Source: Eledone cirrhosa (lineage: Eukaryota). From it: DNA of 64,000 bases. The notes below the pieces were generated by a model. It saw nothing but the letters and a program-made list of their open reading frames with translations. It did no database searches and was not told the origin of the DNA. The stretch covers positions 226,424,001 to 226,488,000 of the forward strand of contig OZ024742.1 in the NCBI GenBank assembly GCA_964016885.1. The letters run 5' to 3'. Positions 24,883-37,500 of the stretch are shown here, piece after piece. The position numbers and the translations under genes were made by a program. Position 1 is the first letter of the stretch, and each line of letters begins with the position of its first letter.

Positions 24883-25809
24883 GTGGTGTTACTGCTGTAG
24901 TTGGTGGTGGTGTTAGTACCGTTACAGTAGGTGGTGTTACTGCTGTAGTTGGTGGTGGTGTTAGTACTGTTACAGTAGGTGGTGTTAATGCTGTAGTTGG
25001 TGGTGATGTTATTACTGTTACAGTAGGTGGTGTTACTGCTGTAGTTGGTGGTGGTGTTAGTACTGTTACAGTAGGTGGTGTTACTGCTGTAGTTGGTGGT
25101 GGTGTTAGTACTGTTACAGTAGGTGGTGTTACAGCTGTAGTTGGTAGTGGTGTTAGTACTGTTACAGTAGGTGGTGTTACTGCTGTAGTTGGTGGTGGAG
25201 TTAGTACTGTTACAGTTGGTGGTGTTACTGCTGTAGTTGGTGGTGGTGTTAGTACTGTTACAGTAGGTGGTGTTACTGCTGTAGTTGGTTGTGGTGTTAG
25301 TACTGTTACAGTAGGTGGTGTTACTGCTGTAGTTGGTGGTGGTGTTAGTACTGTTACATTAGGTGGTGTTACTGCTGTAGTTGGTTGTGGTGTTAGTACT
25401 GTTACAGTAGGTGGTGTTACTGCTGTAGTTGGTAGTGGTGTTGGTACTGTTACAGTAGGTAGTGTTACTGCTGTAGTTGGTGGTGGTGTTAGTACTGGTA
25501 CAGTAGGTGGTGTTACTGCTGTAGTTGGTAGTGCTGTTGGTACTGTTACAGTAGGTAGTGTTACTGCTGTAGTTGGTGGTGGTGTTAGTACTGTTACAGT
25601 AGTTGGTGTTAGTACTGTTACAGTAGGTGGTGTTACTGCTGTAGTTCGTTGTGGTGTTAGTGCTGTTACAGTAGGTGGTGTTACTGCTGTAGTTGGTGGT
25701 GGTGTTAGTACTGTTACAGTAGGTGGTGTTACTGCTGTAGTTGGTGGTGGAGTTAGTACTGTTACAGTAGGTGGTGTTACTGCTGTAGTTGGTAGTGGTG
25801 TTAGTACTG

Positions 25810-28800
25810 TTACAGTAGGTGGTGTTACTGCTTTAGTTGGTTGTGGTGTTATTACTGTTACAGTAGGTGGTGTTACTGCTGTAGTTGCTGGTGGTGTTAG
25901 TACTGTTACAGTAGGTGGTGTTACTGCTGTAGTTGGTGGTGGTGTTAGTACTGTTACAGTAGGTGGTGTTAATGCTGTAGTTGGTGGTGGTGTTATTTAG
26001 TTACAGTAGGTGGTGTTACAGATGTAGTTGGTGGTGGTGTTAGTACTGTTACAGTAGGTGGTGTTACTGCTGTAGTTGGTGGAGGTGTTAGTACTGTTAC
26101 AGTAGGTGGTGTTACTGCTGTAGTTGGTGGTGGTGTTAGTACTGTTACAGTAGGTGGTGTTACTGCTGTAGTTGGTAGTGGTGTTAGTACTGTTACAGTA
26201 GGTGGTGTTACTGCTGTAGTTGGTAGTGGTGTTGGTACTGTTACAGTAGGTAGTGTTACTGCTGTAGTTGGTGGTGGTGTTAGTACTGGTACAGTAGGTG
26301 GTGTTACTGCTGTAGTTGGTAGTGCTGTTAGTACTGTTATAGTAGGTGGTGTTACTGCTGTAGATGGTGGTGGTGTTAGTACTGTTACAGTAGGTGGTGT
26401 TAATGCTGTAGTTGGTGGTGGAGTTAGTACTGTTACAGTTGGTGGTGTTACTGCTGTGGTTGGTGGTGGTGTTAGTACTGTTACAGTAGGTGGTGTTACT
26501 GCTGTAGTTGGTGGTGGTGTTACTACTGTTACAGTAGGTAGTGTTACTGCTGTAGTTGGTAGTGGTGTTAGTACTGTTACAGTAGGTGGTGTTACTGCTG
26601 TAGTTGGTGGTGGTGTTAGTACTGTTACAGTAGGTGGTGATACTGCTGTAGTTGGTGGTGGTGTTAGTACTGTTACAGTAGGTAGTGTTACTGCTGTAGT
26701 TGGTAGTGGTGTTAGTACTGTTACAGTAGGTGGTGTTACTGCTGTAGTTGGTGGTGGTGTTAGTACTGTTACAGTAGGTGGTGTTACTGCTGTAGTTGGT
26801 GGTGGAGTTAGTACTGTTACAGTTGGTGGTGTTACTGCTGTAGCTGGTTGTGGTGTTAGTACTGTTACAGTAGGTGGTGTTACTGCTGTAGTTGGTGGTG
26901 GTGTTAGTACTGTTACAGTAGGTGGTGTTAATGCTGTAGTTGGTGGTGGAGTTAGTACTGTTACAGTTGGTGGTGTTACTGCTGTGGTTGGTGGTGGTGT
27001 TAGTACTGTTACAGTAGGTGGTGTTACTGCTGTAGTTGGTTGTGGTGTTAGTACTGTTACAGTAGGTGGTGTTACTGCTGTAGTTGGTGGTGGTGTTAGT
27101 ACTGTTACAGTAGGTGGTGTTACTGCTGTAGTTGGTGGTGGAGTTAGTACTGTTACAGTTGGTGGTGTTACTGCTGTAGTTGGTTGTGGTGTTAGTACTG
27201 TTACAGTAGGTGGTGTTACTGCTGTAGTTGGTGGTGGTGTTAGTACTGTTACAGTAGGTGGTGTTACTGCTGTAGTTGGTTGTGGTGTTAGTACTGTTAC
27301 AGCAGGTGGTGTTACTGCTGAAGTTGGTAGTGGTGTTGGTACTGTGACAGTAGGTGGTGTTACTGCTGTAGTTGGTGGTGGTGTTAGTACTGTTACAGTA
27401 GGTGGTGTTACTGCTGTAGTTGGTGGTGGTGTTAGTACTGTTACAGTAGGTGGTCTTACTGCTGTAGTTGGTGGTGGTGTTAGTACTGTTACAGTAGGTG
27501 GTGTTACTGTTGTAGTTGGTGGTGGTGTTAGTACTGTTACAGTAGTTGGTGTTAGTACTGTTACAGTAGGTAGTGTTACTGCTGTAGTTGGTGGTGGTGT
27601 TACTACTGTTACAGTAGTTGGTTATACTGCTGTAATTGGTGGTGGTGTTAGTACTGTTACAGTAGGTGGTGTTAGTACTGTTACAGTAGGTGGTGTTACT
27701 GCTGTAGTTGGTAGTGGTGTTACAACTGTTACAGTAGTCGGTGTTACTGCTGTAGTTGGTGGTGGTGTTAGTACTGTTACAGTAGGTGGTGTTACTGTTG
27801 TAGTTGGTGGTGGTGTTAGTACTGTTACAGTAGTTGGTGTTAGTACTGTTACAGTAGGTGGTGTTACTGCTGTAGTTCGTTGTGGTGTTAGTAGTGTTAC
27901 AGTAGGTGGTGTTACTGCTTTAGTTGGTTGTGGTGTTATTACTGTTACAGTAGGTGGTGTTACTGCTGTAGTTGCTGGTGGTGTTAGTACTGTTACAGTA
28001 GGTGGTGTTACTGCTGTAGTTGGTGGTGGTGTTAGTACTGTTACAGTAGGTGGTGTTAATGCTGTAGTTGGTGGTGGTGTTATTTAGTTACAGTAGGTGG
28101 TGTTACAGATGTAGTTGGTGGTGGTGTTAGTACTGTTACAGTAGGTGGTGTTACTGCTGTAGTTGGTGGAGGTGTTAGTACTGTTACAGTAGGTGGTGTT
28201 ACTGCTGTAGTTGGTGGTGGTGTTAGTACTGTTACAGTAGGTGGTGTTACTGCTGTAGTTGGTTGTGGTGTTAGTACTGTTACAGTAGGTGGTGTTACTG
28301 CTATAGTTGGTAGTGGTGTTGGTACTGTTACAGTAGGTAGTGTTACTGCTGTAGTTGGTGGTGGTGTTAGTACTGGTACAGTAGGTGGTGTTACTGCTGT
28401 AGTTGGTAGTGCTGTTAGTACTGTTATAGTAGGTGGTGTTACTGCTGTAGATGGTGGTGGTGTTAGTACTGTTACAGTAGGTGGTGTTAATGCTGTAGTT
28501 GGTGGTGGAGTTAGTACTGTTACAGTTGGTGGTGTTACTGCTGTGGTTGGTGGTGGTGTTAGTACTGTTACAGTAGGTGGTGTTACTGCTGTAGTTGGTG
28601 GTGGTGTTAGTACTGTTACAGTAGGTGGTGTTACTGCTGTAGTTGGTAGTGGTGTTAGTACTGTTACAGTAGGTGGTGTTACTGCTGTAGTTGGTAGTGG
28701 TGTTAGTACTGTTACAGTAGGTGGTGTTACTGCTGTAGTTGGTGGTGGTGTTAGTACTGTTACAGTAGGTGGTGTTACTGCTGTAGTTGGTAGTGGTGTT

Positions 28801-30200
28801 AGTACTGTTACAGTAGGTGGTGTTACTGCTGTAGTTGGTGGTGGTGTTAGTACTGTTACAGTAGGTGGTGTTACTGCTGTAGTTGGTGGTGGAGTTAGTA
28901 CTGTTACAGTTGGTGGTGTTACTGCTGTGGTTGGTGGTGGTGTTAGTACTGTTACAGTAGGTGGTGTTACTGCTGTAGTTGGTGGTGGTGTTAGTACTGT
29001 TACAGTAGGTGGTGTTACTGCTGTAGTTGGTAGTGGTGTTAGTACTGTTACAGTAGGTGGTGTTACTGCTGTAGTTGGTTGTGGTGTTAGTACTGTTACA
29101 GTAGGTGGTGTTACTGCTGTAGTTGGTGGTGGTGTTAGTACTGTTACAGTAGGTGGTGTTACTGCTGTAGTTGGTAGTGGTGTTAGTACTGTTACAGTAG
29201 GTGGTGTTACTGCTGTAGTTGGTTGTGGTGTTAGTACTGTTACAGTAGGTGGTGTTACTGCTGTAGTTGGTGGTGGTGTTAGTACTGTTACAGTAGGTGG
29301 TGTTACTGCTGTAGTTGGTAGTGGTGTTAGTACTGTTACAGTAGGTGGTGTTACTGCTGTAGTTGGTTGTGGTGTTAGTACTGTTACAGTAGGTGGTGTT
29401 ACTGCTGTAGTTGGTGGTGGTGTTAGTACTGTTACAGTAGGTGGTGTTACTGCTGTAGTTGGTGGTGGAGTTAGTACTGTTACAGTTGGTGGTGTTACTG
29501 CTGTAGTTGGTTGTGGTGTTAGTACTGTTACAGTAGGTGGTGTTACTGCTGTAGTTGGTGGTGGTGTTAGTACTGTTACAGTAGGTGGTGTTACTGCTGT
29601 AGTTGGTTGTGGTGTTAGTACTGTTACAGTAGGTGGTGTTACTGCTGTAGTTGGTGGTGGTGTTAGTACTGTTACAGTAGGTGGTGTTACTGCTGAAGTT
29701 GGTAGTGGTGTTGGTACTGTGACAGTAGGTAGTGTTACTGCTGTAGTTGGTGGTGGTGTTAGTACTGGTACAGTAGGTGGTGTTACTGCTGTAGTTGGTA
29801 GTGCTGTTAGTACTGTTACAGTAGGTGGTGTTACTGCTGTAGTTGGTGGTGGTGTTAGTACTGTTACAGTAGGTGGTCTTACTGCTGTAGTTGGTGGTGG
29901 TGTTAGTACTGTTACAGTAGGTGGTGTTACTGTTGTAGTTGGTGGTGGTGTTAGTACTGTTACAGTAGTTGGTGTTAGTACTGTTACAGTAGGTAGTGTT
30001 ACTGCTGTAGTTGGTGGTGGTGTTACTACTGTTACAGTAGTTGGTTATACTGCTGTAATTGGTGGTGGTGTTAGTACTGTTACAGTAGGTGGTGTTAGTA
30101 CTGTTACAGTAGGTGGTGTTACTGCTGTAGTTGGTAGTGGTGTTACAACTGTTACAGTAGTCGGTGTTACTGCTGTAGTTGGTGGTGGTGTTAGTACTGT
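25810..30200. repeat. Tandem duplication, offset 2087 bp at the left and 2423 bp at the right (second copy internally longer)
   Basis: ATTTAG at 25995 vs 28082 and the GATGG variant at 26363 vs 28450 give offset 2087. TACAACTGTTACAGTAGTCGG at 27721 vs 30144 gives offset 2423. Confidence 0.85.
28990..29420. repeat. Local 3-monomer higher-order repeat, 144 bp x 3
   Basis: Monomer tails cycle GGTAGTGGT / GGTTGTGGT / GGTGGTGGT. The diagnostic A lies at 29032, 29176 and 29320. Confidence 0.85.
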
Positions 30201-33200
30201 AACAGTAGGTGGTGTTACTGCTGTAGTTGGTAGTGGTGATAGTACTGTTACAGTAGTTGGTGTTACTGCTGTAGTTGGTAGTGGTGTTACTACTATTACA
30301 GTAGGTGGTGTTACTGCTGTAGTTGGTGGTGGTGTTAGTACTGTTACAGTAGGTGGTGTTACTGCTGTAGTTGGTGGTGGTGTTAGTACTGTTACAGTAG
30401 GTGGTGTTACTGCTGCAGTTGCTAGTGGTGTTACTACTGTTACAGTAGGTGGTGTTGCTGCTGTAGTTGGTGGTGGTGTTAGTACTGTTACAGTAGGTGG
30501 TGTTACTGCTGCAGTTGCTAGTGGTGTTACTACTGTTACAGTAGGTGGTGTTACTGCTGTAGTTGGTGGTGGTGTTAGTACTGTTACAGTAGGTAGTGTT
30601 ACTGTTGTAGTTGGTAGTGGTGTTACTACTGTTACAGTAGTTGGTGTTACTGCCGTAGTTGGCGGTGGTGTTAGTACTGTTAGAGTAGGTGGTGTTACTG
30701 CTGTAGTTTGGAGTGGTGTTATTACTGTTACAGTAGGTGGTGTTACTGCTGTAGTTGGTGGTGGTGGTGTTAGTACTGTTAGAGTAGGTGGTGTTACTGC
30801 TGTAGTTGGTGGTGGTGTTAGTACTGTTACAGTAGGTGGTGTTACTGCTGTAGTTGGTGGTGGTGTTAGTACTGTTAGAGTAGGTGGTGTTACTGCTGTA
30901 GTTGGTGGTAGTGTTAGTACCGTTACTGTAGGTGGTGTTACTGCTGTATTTGGTGGTGGTGTTAGTACTGTTACAGTAGGTGGTGTTACTGCTGTAGTTG
31001 GTGGTGGTGTTAGTACTGTTACAGTAGGTGGTGTTACTGCTGTAGTTGGTGGTGGTGTTAGCAATGTTACAGTAGGTGGTGCTACTGCTGTTGTTGGTGG
31101 TGGTGTTATTTAGTTACAGTAGCTGGTGTTACAGATGTAGTTAGTAGTGGTTTTAGTACTGTTACAGTAGTTGGTGTTACTGCTGTAGTTTCTAGTGGTG
31201 TTAGTACTGTTACAGTAGTTGGTGTTACTGCTGTATTTGGTGGTGGTGTTATTACTGTTACAGTAGGTGGTGTTAATGCTGTAGTTGGTGGTGGTGTTAT
31301 TACTGTTACAGTAGGTGGTGTTACTGCTGTATTGGTGGTGGTGTTAGTACTGTTACAGTAGGTGGTGTTACTGCTGTAGTTGGTGGTGGTGTTAGTACTG
31401 TTGCAGTAGGTGGTGTTACAGCTGTAGTTGTTGTGGTGTTAGTAATCTTACAGTAGGTGGTGTTACTGCTGTAGTTGGTGGTTGTGTTAGTACTGTTACA
31501 GTAGGTGGTGTTACTGCTCTAGTTGGTGGTGGTGTTAGTACTGTTACAGTAGGTGGTGTTACTGCTGTAGTTGGTGGTGGTGTTACTACTGTTACAGTAG
31601 GTGGTGTTACTGCTGTAGTTGGTGAGTGGTGTTACTACTGTTACAGTAGGTGGTGTTACTGCTGTAGTTGGTGGTGGTGTTAGTACTGTTACAGTAGGTG
31701 GTGTAACTGCTGTAGTTGGTGGTGGTGTTAGTTAGTTACAGTAGGTGGTGTTACTGCTGTAGTTGGTAGTGGTGTTAGTTAGTTAGAGTAGGTGGTGTTA
31801 CTGCTGTAGTTGGTAGTGGTGTTACTACTGTTACAGTAGGTGGTGTTAATGCTGTAGTTGGTGGTGGTGTTAGTACTGTTACAGTAGGTGGTGTTACTGC
31901 TGTAGTTGGTGGTGGTGTTAGTACTATTACAGTAGGTGGTGTTACTGCTGTATTTGGTAGTGGTGATGGTACTGTTACAGTAGGTGGTGTTACTGCTGTA
32001 GTTGGTGGTGGTGTTAGTACTGTTACAGTAGGTGGTGTAACTGCTGTAGTTGGTGGTGGTGGTGTTAGTTAGTTACAGTAGGTGGTGTTACTGCTGTAGT
32101 TGGTAGTGGTGTTAGTTAGTTACAGTAGGTGGTGTTACTGCTGTAGTTGGTAGTGGTGTTAGTACTGTTACAGTAGGTGGTGTTACTGCTGGAGTTGGTA
32201 GTGGTGTTACTACTGTTACAGTTGGTGGTGTTGCTGCTGTAGTTGGTGGTGGTGTTAGTACTGTTACAGTAGGTGGTGTTACTGCTGCAGTTGCTAGTGG
32301 TGTTACTACTGTTACAGTAGGTGGTGTTCCTGCTGTAGTTGGTGGTGGTGTTAGTACTCTTACAGTAGGTTGTGTTACTGTTGTAGTTGGTAGTGGTGTT
32401 ACTACTGTTACTGTAGTTTGTGTTACTGCCGTAGTTGGTGGTGGTGTTAGTACCGTTAGAGTAGGTGGTGTTACTGCTGTAGTTTGGAGTGGTGTTACTA
32501 CCGTTAGAGTAGGTGGTGTTACTGCTGTAGTTTGGAGTGGTGTTAGTACTGTTACAGTAGGTGGTGTTACTGCTGTAGTTGGTGGTGGTGTTAGTACTGT
32601 TACAGTAGGTGGTGTTACTGCTGTAGTTGGTGGTGGTGTTAGTACTGTTACAGTAGGTGGTGTTACTGCTGTAATAGGTGGTGGTGTTAGTACTGTTACA
32701 GTAGGTGGTGTTACTGCTGTAGTTGGTGGTGGTGTTAGTACTGTTGCAGTAGGTGGTGTTACTGCTGTAGTTGGTGGTGGTGTTAGTATTCTTACAGTAG
32801 GTGGTGTTACTGCTGTAGTTGGTGGTGGTGTTAGTACTGTTACAGTAGGTGGTGTTACAGCTCTAGTTGGTGGTGGTGTTAGTACTGTTACAGTAGGTGG
32901 TGTTACTGCTGTAGTTGGTAGTGGTTTTACTGCTGTAGTTGGTGGTGGTGTTAGTACTGTTACAGTAGGTGGTGTAACTGCTGTAGTTGGTGGTGGTGTT
33001 AGTTAGTTACAGTAGGTGGTGTTACTGCTGTAGTTGCTAGTGGTGTTAGTTAGTTACAGTAGGTGGTGTTACTGCTGTAGTTGGTAGTGGTGTTAGTACT
33101 GTTACAGTAGGTGGTGTTACTGCTGTAGTTGGTAGTGGTGTTACTACTGTTACAGTAGGTGGTGTTACTGCTGTAGTTGGTGGTGGTGTTAGTTAGTTAC

Positions 33201-34525
33201 AGTAGGTGGTGTTACTGCTGTAGTTGGTGGGGGTGTTAGTACTGTTACAGTAGGTGGTGTTACTGCTGTAGTTGGTGGTGGTGTTAGTACTGTTACAGTA
33301 GGTGGTGTTAATGCTGTAGTTGGTGGTGGTGTTAGTACTGTTACAGTAGGTGGTGTTACTGCTGTAGTTGGTGTTGGGGTTAGTACTGTTACAGTAGGTG
33401 GTGTTATGATGTAGTTGGTGGTGGTGTTAGTACTATTACATTAGGTGGTGTTACTGCTGTATTTGGTAGTGGTGTTGGTACTGTTACAGTAGGTGGTGTT
33501 ACTGCATTAGTTGGTGGTGGTGTTACTACTGTTACAGTAGGTGGTGTAACTGCTGTAGTTGGTGGTGGTGTTAGTTAGTTACAGTAGGTGGTGTTACTGC
33601 TGTAGTTGGTAGTGGTGTTAGTTAGTTACAGTAGGTGGTGTTACTGCTGTAGTTGGTAGTGGTGTTAGTACTGTTACAGTAGGTGGTGTTACTACTGTAG
33701 TTGGTGGTGGTGTTAGTACTGTTACGATAGGTGGTGTTACTGCTGTAGTTGGTGGTGGTGTTAGTACTGTTACAGTAGTTGGTGTTACTGCTGTAGTTGG
33801 TGGTGGTGTTATTACTGTTACAGTAGGTGGTGTTACTGCTGTAGTTGGTGGTGGTGTTAGTACTGTTACAGTAGGTGGTGTTACTGCTGTAATTGGTGGA
33901 AGTGTTAGTACTGTTACAGTAGTTGGTGTTTCTGCTGTAGTTGGTGGTGGTGTTAGTACTGTTGCAGTAGGTGGTGTTACTGCTGTAGTTGGTGGTGGTG
34001 TTAGTACTCTTACAGTAGGTGGTGTTACTGCTGTAGTTGGTGGTGGTGTTAGTACTGTTACAGTAGGTGGTGTTACTGCCCTAGTTGGTGGTGGTGTTAG
34101 TACTGTTACAGAAGGTGGTGTTACTGCTGTAGTTGGTAGTGGTGTTACTACTGTTACAGTAGGTGGTGTTACTGCTGTAGTTGGTGGTGGTGTTAGTACT
34201 ATTACAGTAGGTGGTGTTACTGCTGTATTTGGTAGTGGTGTTGGTACTGTTACAGTAGGTGGTGTTACTGCTTTAGTTGGTGGTGGTGTTAGTACTGTTA
34301 CAGTAGGTGGTGTAACTGCTGTAGTTGGTGGTGGTGTTAGTTAGTTACAGTAGGTGGTGTTACTGCTGTAGTTGTTAGTGGTGTTAGTTAGTTACAGTAG
34401 GTGGTGTTACTTCTGTAGTTGGTAGCGGTGTTAGTACTGTTACAGTAGGTGGTGTTACTGCTGTAGTTGGTAGTGGTGTTACTACTGTTACAGTAGGTGG
34501 TGTTACTGCTGTAGTTGGTGGTGGT

Positions 34526-34594
34526 GTTAGTTAGTTACAGTAGGTGGTGTTAGTTAGTTACAGTAGGTGGTGTTAGTTAGTTACAGTAGGTGGT
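34526..34594. repeat. 23-bp variant half-monomer GTTAGTTAGTTACAGTAGGTGGT x 3
   Basis: Three exact adjacent copies with no second half-monomer between them. Confidence 0.92.
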
Positions 34595-37500
34595 GTTACT
34601 GCTGTAGTTGGTGGTGGTGTTAGTACTGTTACTGTAGGTGGTGTTACTGCTGTAGTTTGTGGTGGTGTTAGTACTGTTACAGTAGGTGGTGTTAATGCTG
34701 TAGTTGGTGGTAGTGTTAGTACTGTTACAGTAGGTGGTGTTACTGCTGTAGTTGGTGGTGGGGTTAGTACTGTTACAGCAGGTGGTGTTACTGCTGTAGT
34801 TGATGGTGGTGTTAGTACTGTTACAGTAGGTGGTGTTACTGCTGTAGTTGGTAGTGGTGTTACTACTGCTACAGTTGGTGGTGTTACTGCTGTAGTTGGT
34901 GGTGGTGTTAGTACTGTTACAGTAGGTGGTGTTACTGCTGTAGTTGCTAGTGGTGTTAGTACTGTTACAGTAGGTTGTGTTACTGCTGTAGTTGGTAGTG
35001 GTGTTACTACTGTTACAGTAGGTGGTCTTACTGCTGTAGTTGGTGGTGGTGTTAGTACTGTTACAGTAGGTAGTGTTACTGCTGTAGTTGGTGGTGGTGT
35101 TACTACTGTTACAGTAGTTGGTGTTACTGCCGTAGTTGGTGGTGGTGTTAGTACTGTTACAGTAGGTAGTGTTACTGCTGTAGTTGGTGGGGATGTTACT
35201 ACTGTTACAGTAGTTGGTGTTACTGCTGTAGTTGGTGGTGGTGTTGGTACTGTTACAGTAGGTGATGTTACTGCTGTAGTTGGTGGTGGTGTTAGTACCG
35301 TTACAGTAGGTGGTGTTACTGCTGTTGTTGGTGGTGGTGTTAGTACTGTTACAGTAGGTGGTGTTACTGCTGTTGTTTATGGTGGTGTTATTTAGTTACG
35401 GTAGGTGGTGTTACAGATGTAGTTAGTAGTGGTGTTAGTACTGTTACAGTAGTTGGTGTTACTGCTGTAGTTTCTAGTGGTGTTAGTACTGTTACAGTAG
35501 TTGGTGTTACTGCTGTAGTTGGTGGTGGTGTTAGTACTGTTACAGTAGGTGGTGTTACTGCTGTAATTGGTGGTGGTGTTAGTACTGTTACAGTAGGTGG
35601 TGTTACTGCTGTAGTTGGTGGTGGTGTTATTACTGTTGCAGTAGGTGGTGTTACTGCTGTAGTTGGTGGTGGTGTTAGTACTGTTACAGTAGGTGGTGTT
35701 ACTGCTCTAGTTGGTGGTGGTGTTAGTACTGTTACAGTAGGTGGTGTTACTGCTGTAGTTGGTAGTGGTGTTACTACTGTTACAGTAGGTGGTGTTACTG
35801 CTGTAGTTGGTGGTGGTGTTACTACTGTTACAGTAGGTGGTGTTACTGCTCTAGTTGGTGGTGATGTTAGTTAGTTACAGTAGGTGGTGTTACTGCTGTA
35901 GTTGGTAGTGGTGTTACTACTGTTACAGTAGGTGGTGTTACTGCTCTAGTTGGTGGTGGTGTTAGTTAGTTACAGTAGGTGGTGTTAATGCTGTAGTTGG
36001 TGGTGGTGTTAGTACTGTTACAGTAGGTGGTGTTACTGCTTTAGATGGTGTTGGGGTTAGTACTGTTACAGTAGGTGGTGTTACTGCTGTAGTTGGTGGT
36101 GGTGTTAGGACTGTTACAGTAGGTGGTGTTACTGCTGTATTTGGTAGTGGTGTTTATACTGTTACAGTAGGTGGTGTTACTGCTGTAGGTGGTGTTACTG
36201 CTGTAGTTGGTGGTGGTGTTAGTACTGTTACAGTAGGTGGTGTTACTGCTGTAGTTGGTGTTGTTGTTAGTACTGTTACAGTAGGTGGTGTTACTGCTGT
36301 AGTTGGTGGTGGTGTTAGTACTGTTACAGTAGGTGGTGTTACTGCTCTAGTTGGTGGTGGTGTTAGTACTGTTACAGTAGGTGGTGTTACTGCTGTAGTT
36401 GGTGGTGGTGTTAGTACTGTTACAGTAGGTAGTGTTACTGCTCTAGTTGGTGGTGGTGTTAGTACTGTTACAGTAGGTGGTGTTACTGCTGTAGTTGGTG
36501 GTGGTGTTAGTACTGTTACAGTAGGTGGTGTTACTGCTGTAGTTGGTGGTGGTGTTAGTACTGTTACAGTAGGTGGTGTTACTGCTGTAGTTGGTGGTGG
36601 TGCTAGTACTGTTACAGTATGTGGTGTTACTGCTGTAGTTGGTGGTGGTGCTAGTACTGTTACAGTATGTGGTGTTACTGCTGTAGTTGCTAGTGGTGTT
36701 ACTACTGTTACAGTAGGTGGTTTTACTGCTGTAGTTTGTGGTGGTGTTAGTAATGTTAAAGTAGGTGGTGTTACTGCTGTAATTGGTGGTGGTGTTAGTA
36801 CTGTTACAGTAGGTGGTGTTACTGCTGTAGTTGGTGGTGGTGTTAGTACTGTTGCAGTAGGTGGTGTTACTTCTGTAGTTGGTGGTGGTGTTAGTACTGT
36901 TACAGTAGGTGGTGTTACTGCTGTAGTTGGTGGTGGTGTTAGTACTGTTACAGTAGGTGGTGTTACTGCTGTAGTTGGTAGTGGTGTTACTACTGTTACA
37001 GTAGGTGGTGTTACTGCTGCAGTTGGTGGTGGTGTTACTACTGTTACAGTAGGTGGTGTTACTGCTCTAGTTGGTGGTGGTGTTAGTACTGTTACAGTAG
37101 GAGGTGTTAATGCTGTAGTTGGTGGTGGTGTTACTACTGTTACAGTAGGTGGTGTTACTGCTGTAGATGGTGTTGGGGTTACTACTGTTACAGTATGTGG
37201 TGTTACTGCTGTAGTTGGTGGTGGTGTTAGTACTGTTACAGTAGGTGGTGTTACTGCTGTAGGTGGTGTTACTGCTGTAGTTGGTGGTGGTGTTAGTACT
37301 GTTACAGTAGGTGGTGTTACTGCTGTAGTTGGTGGTGGTGTTAGTACTGTTACAGTAGGTGGTGTTACTGCTGTAGTTGGTGGTGGTGTTAGTACTGTTA
37401 CAGTAGGTGGTATTACTGCTGTAGTTGGAGGTTGTGTTAGTACTGTTACAGTAGGTGGTGTTACTGCTCTAGTTGGTGGTGGTGTTAGTACTGTTACAGT

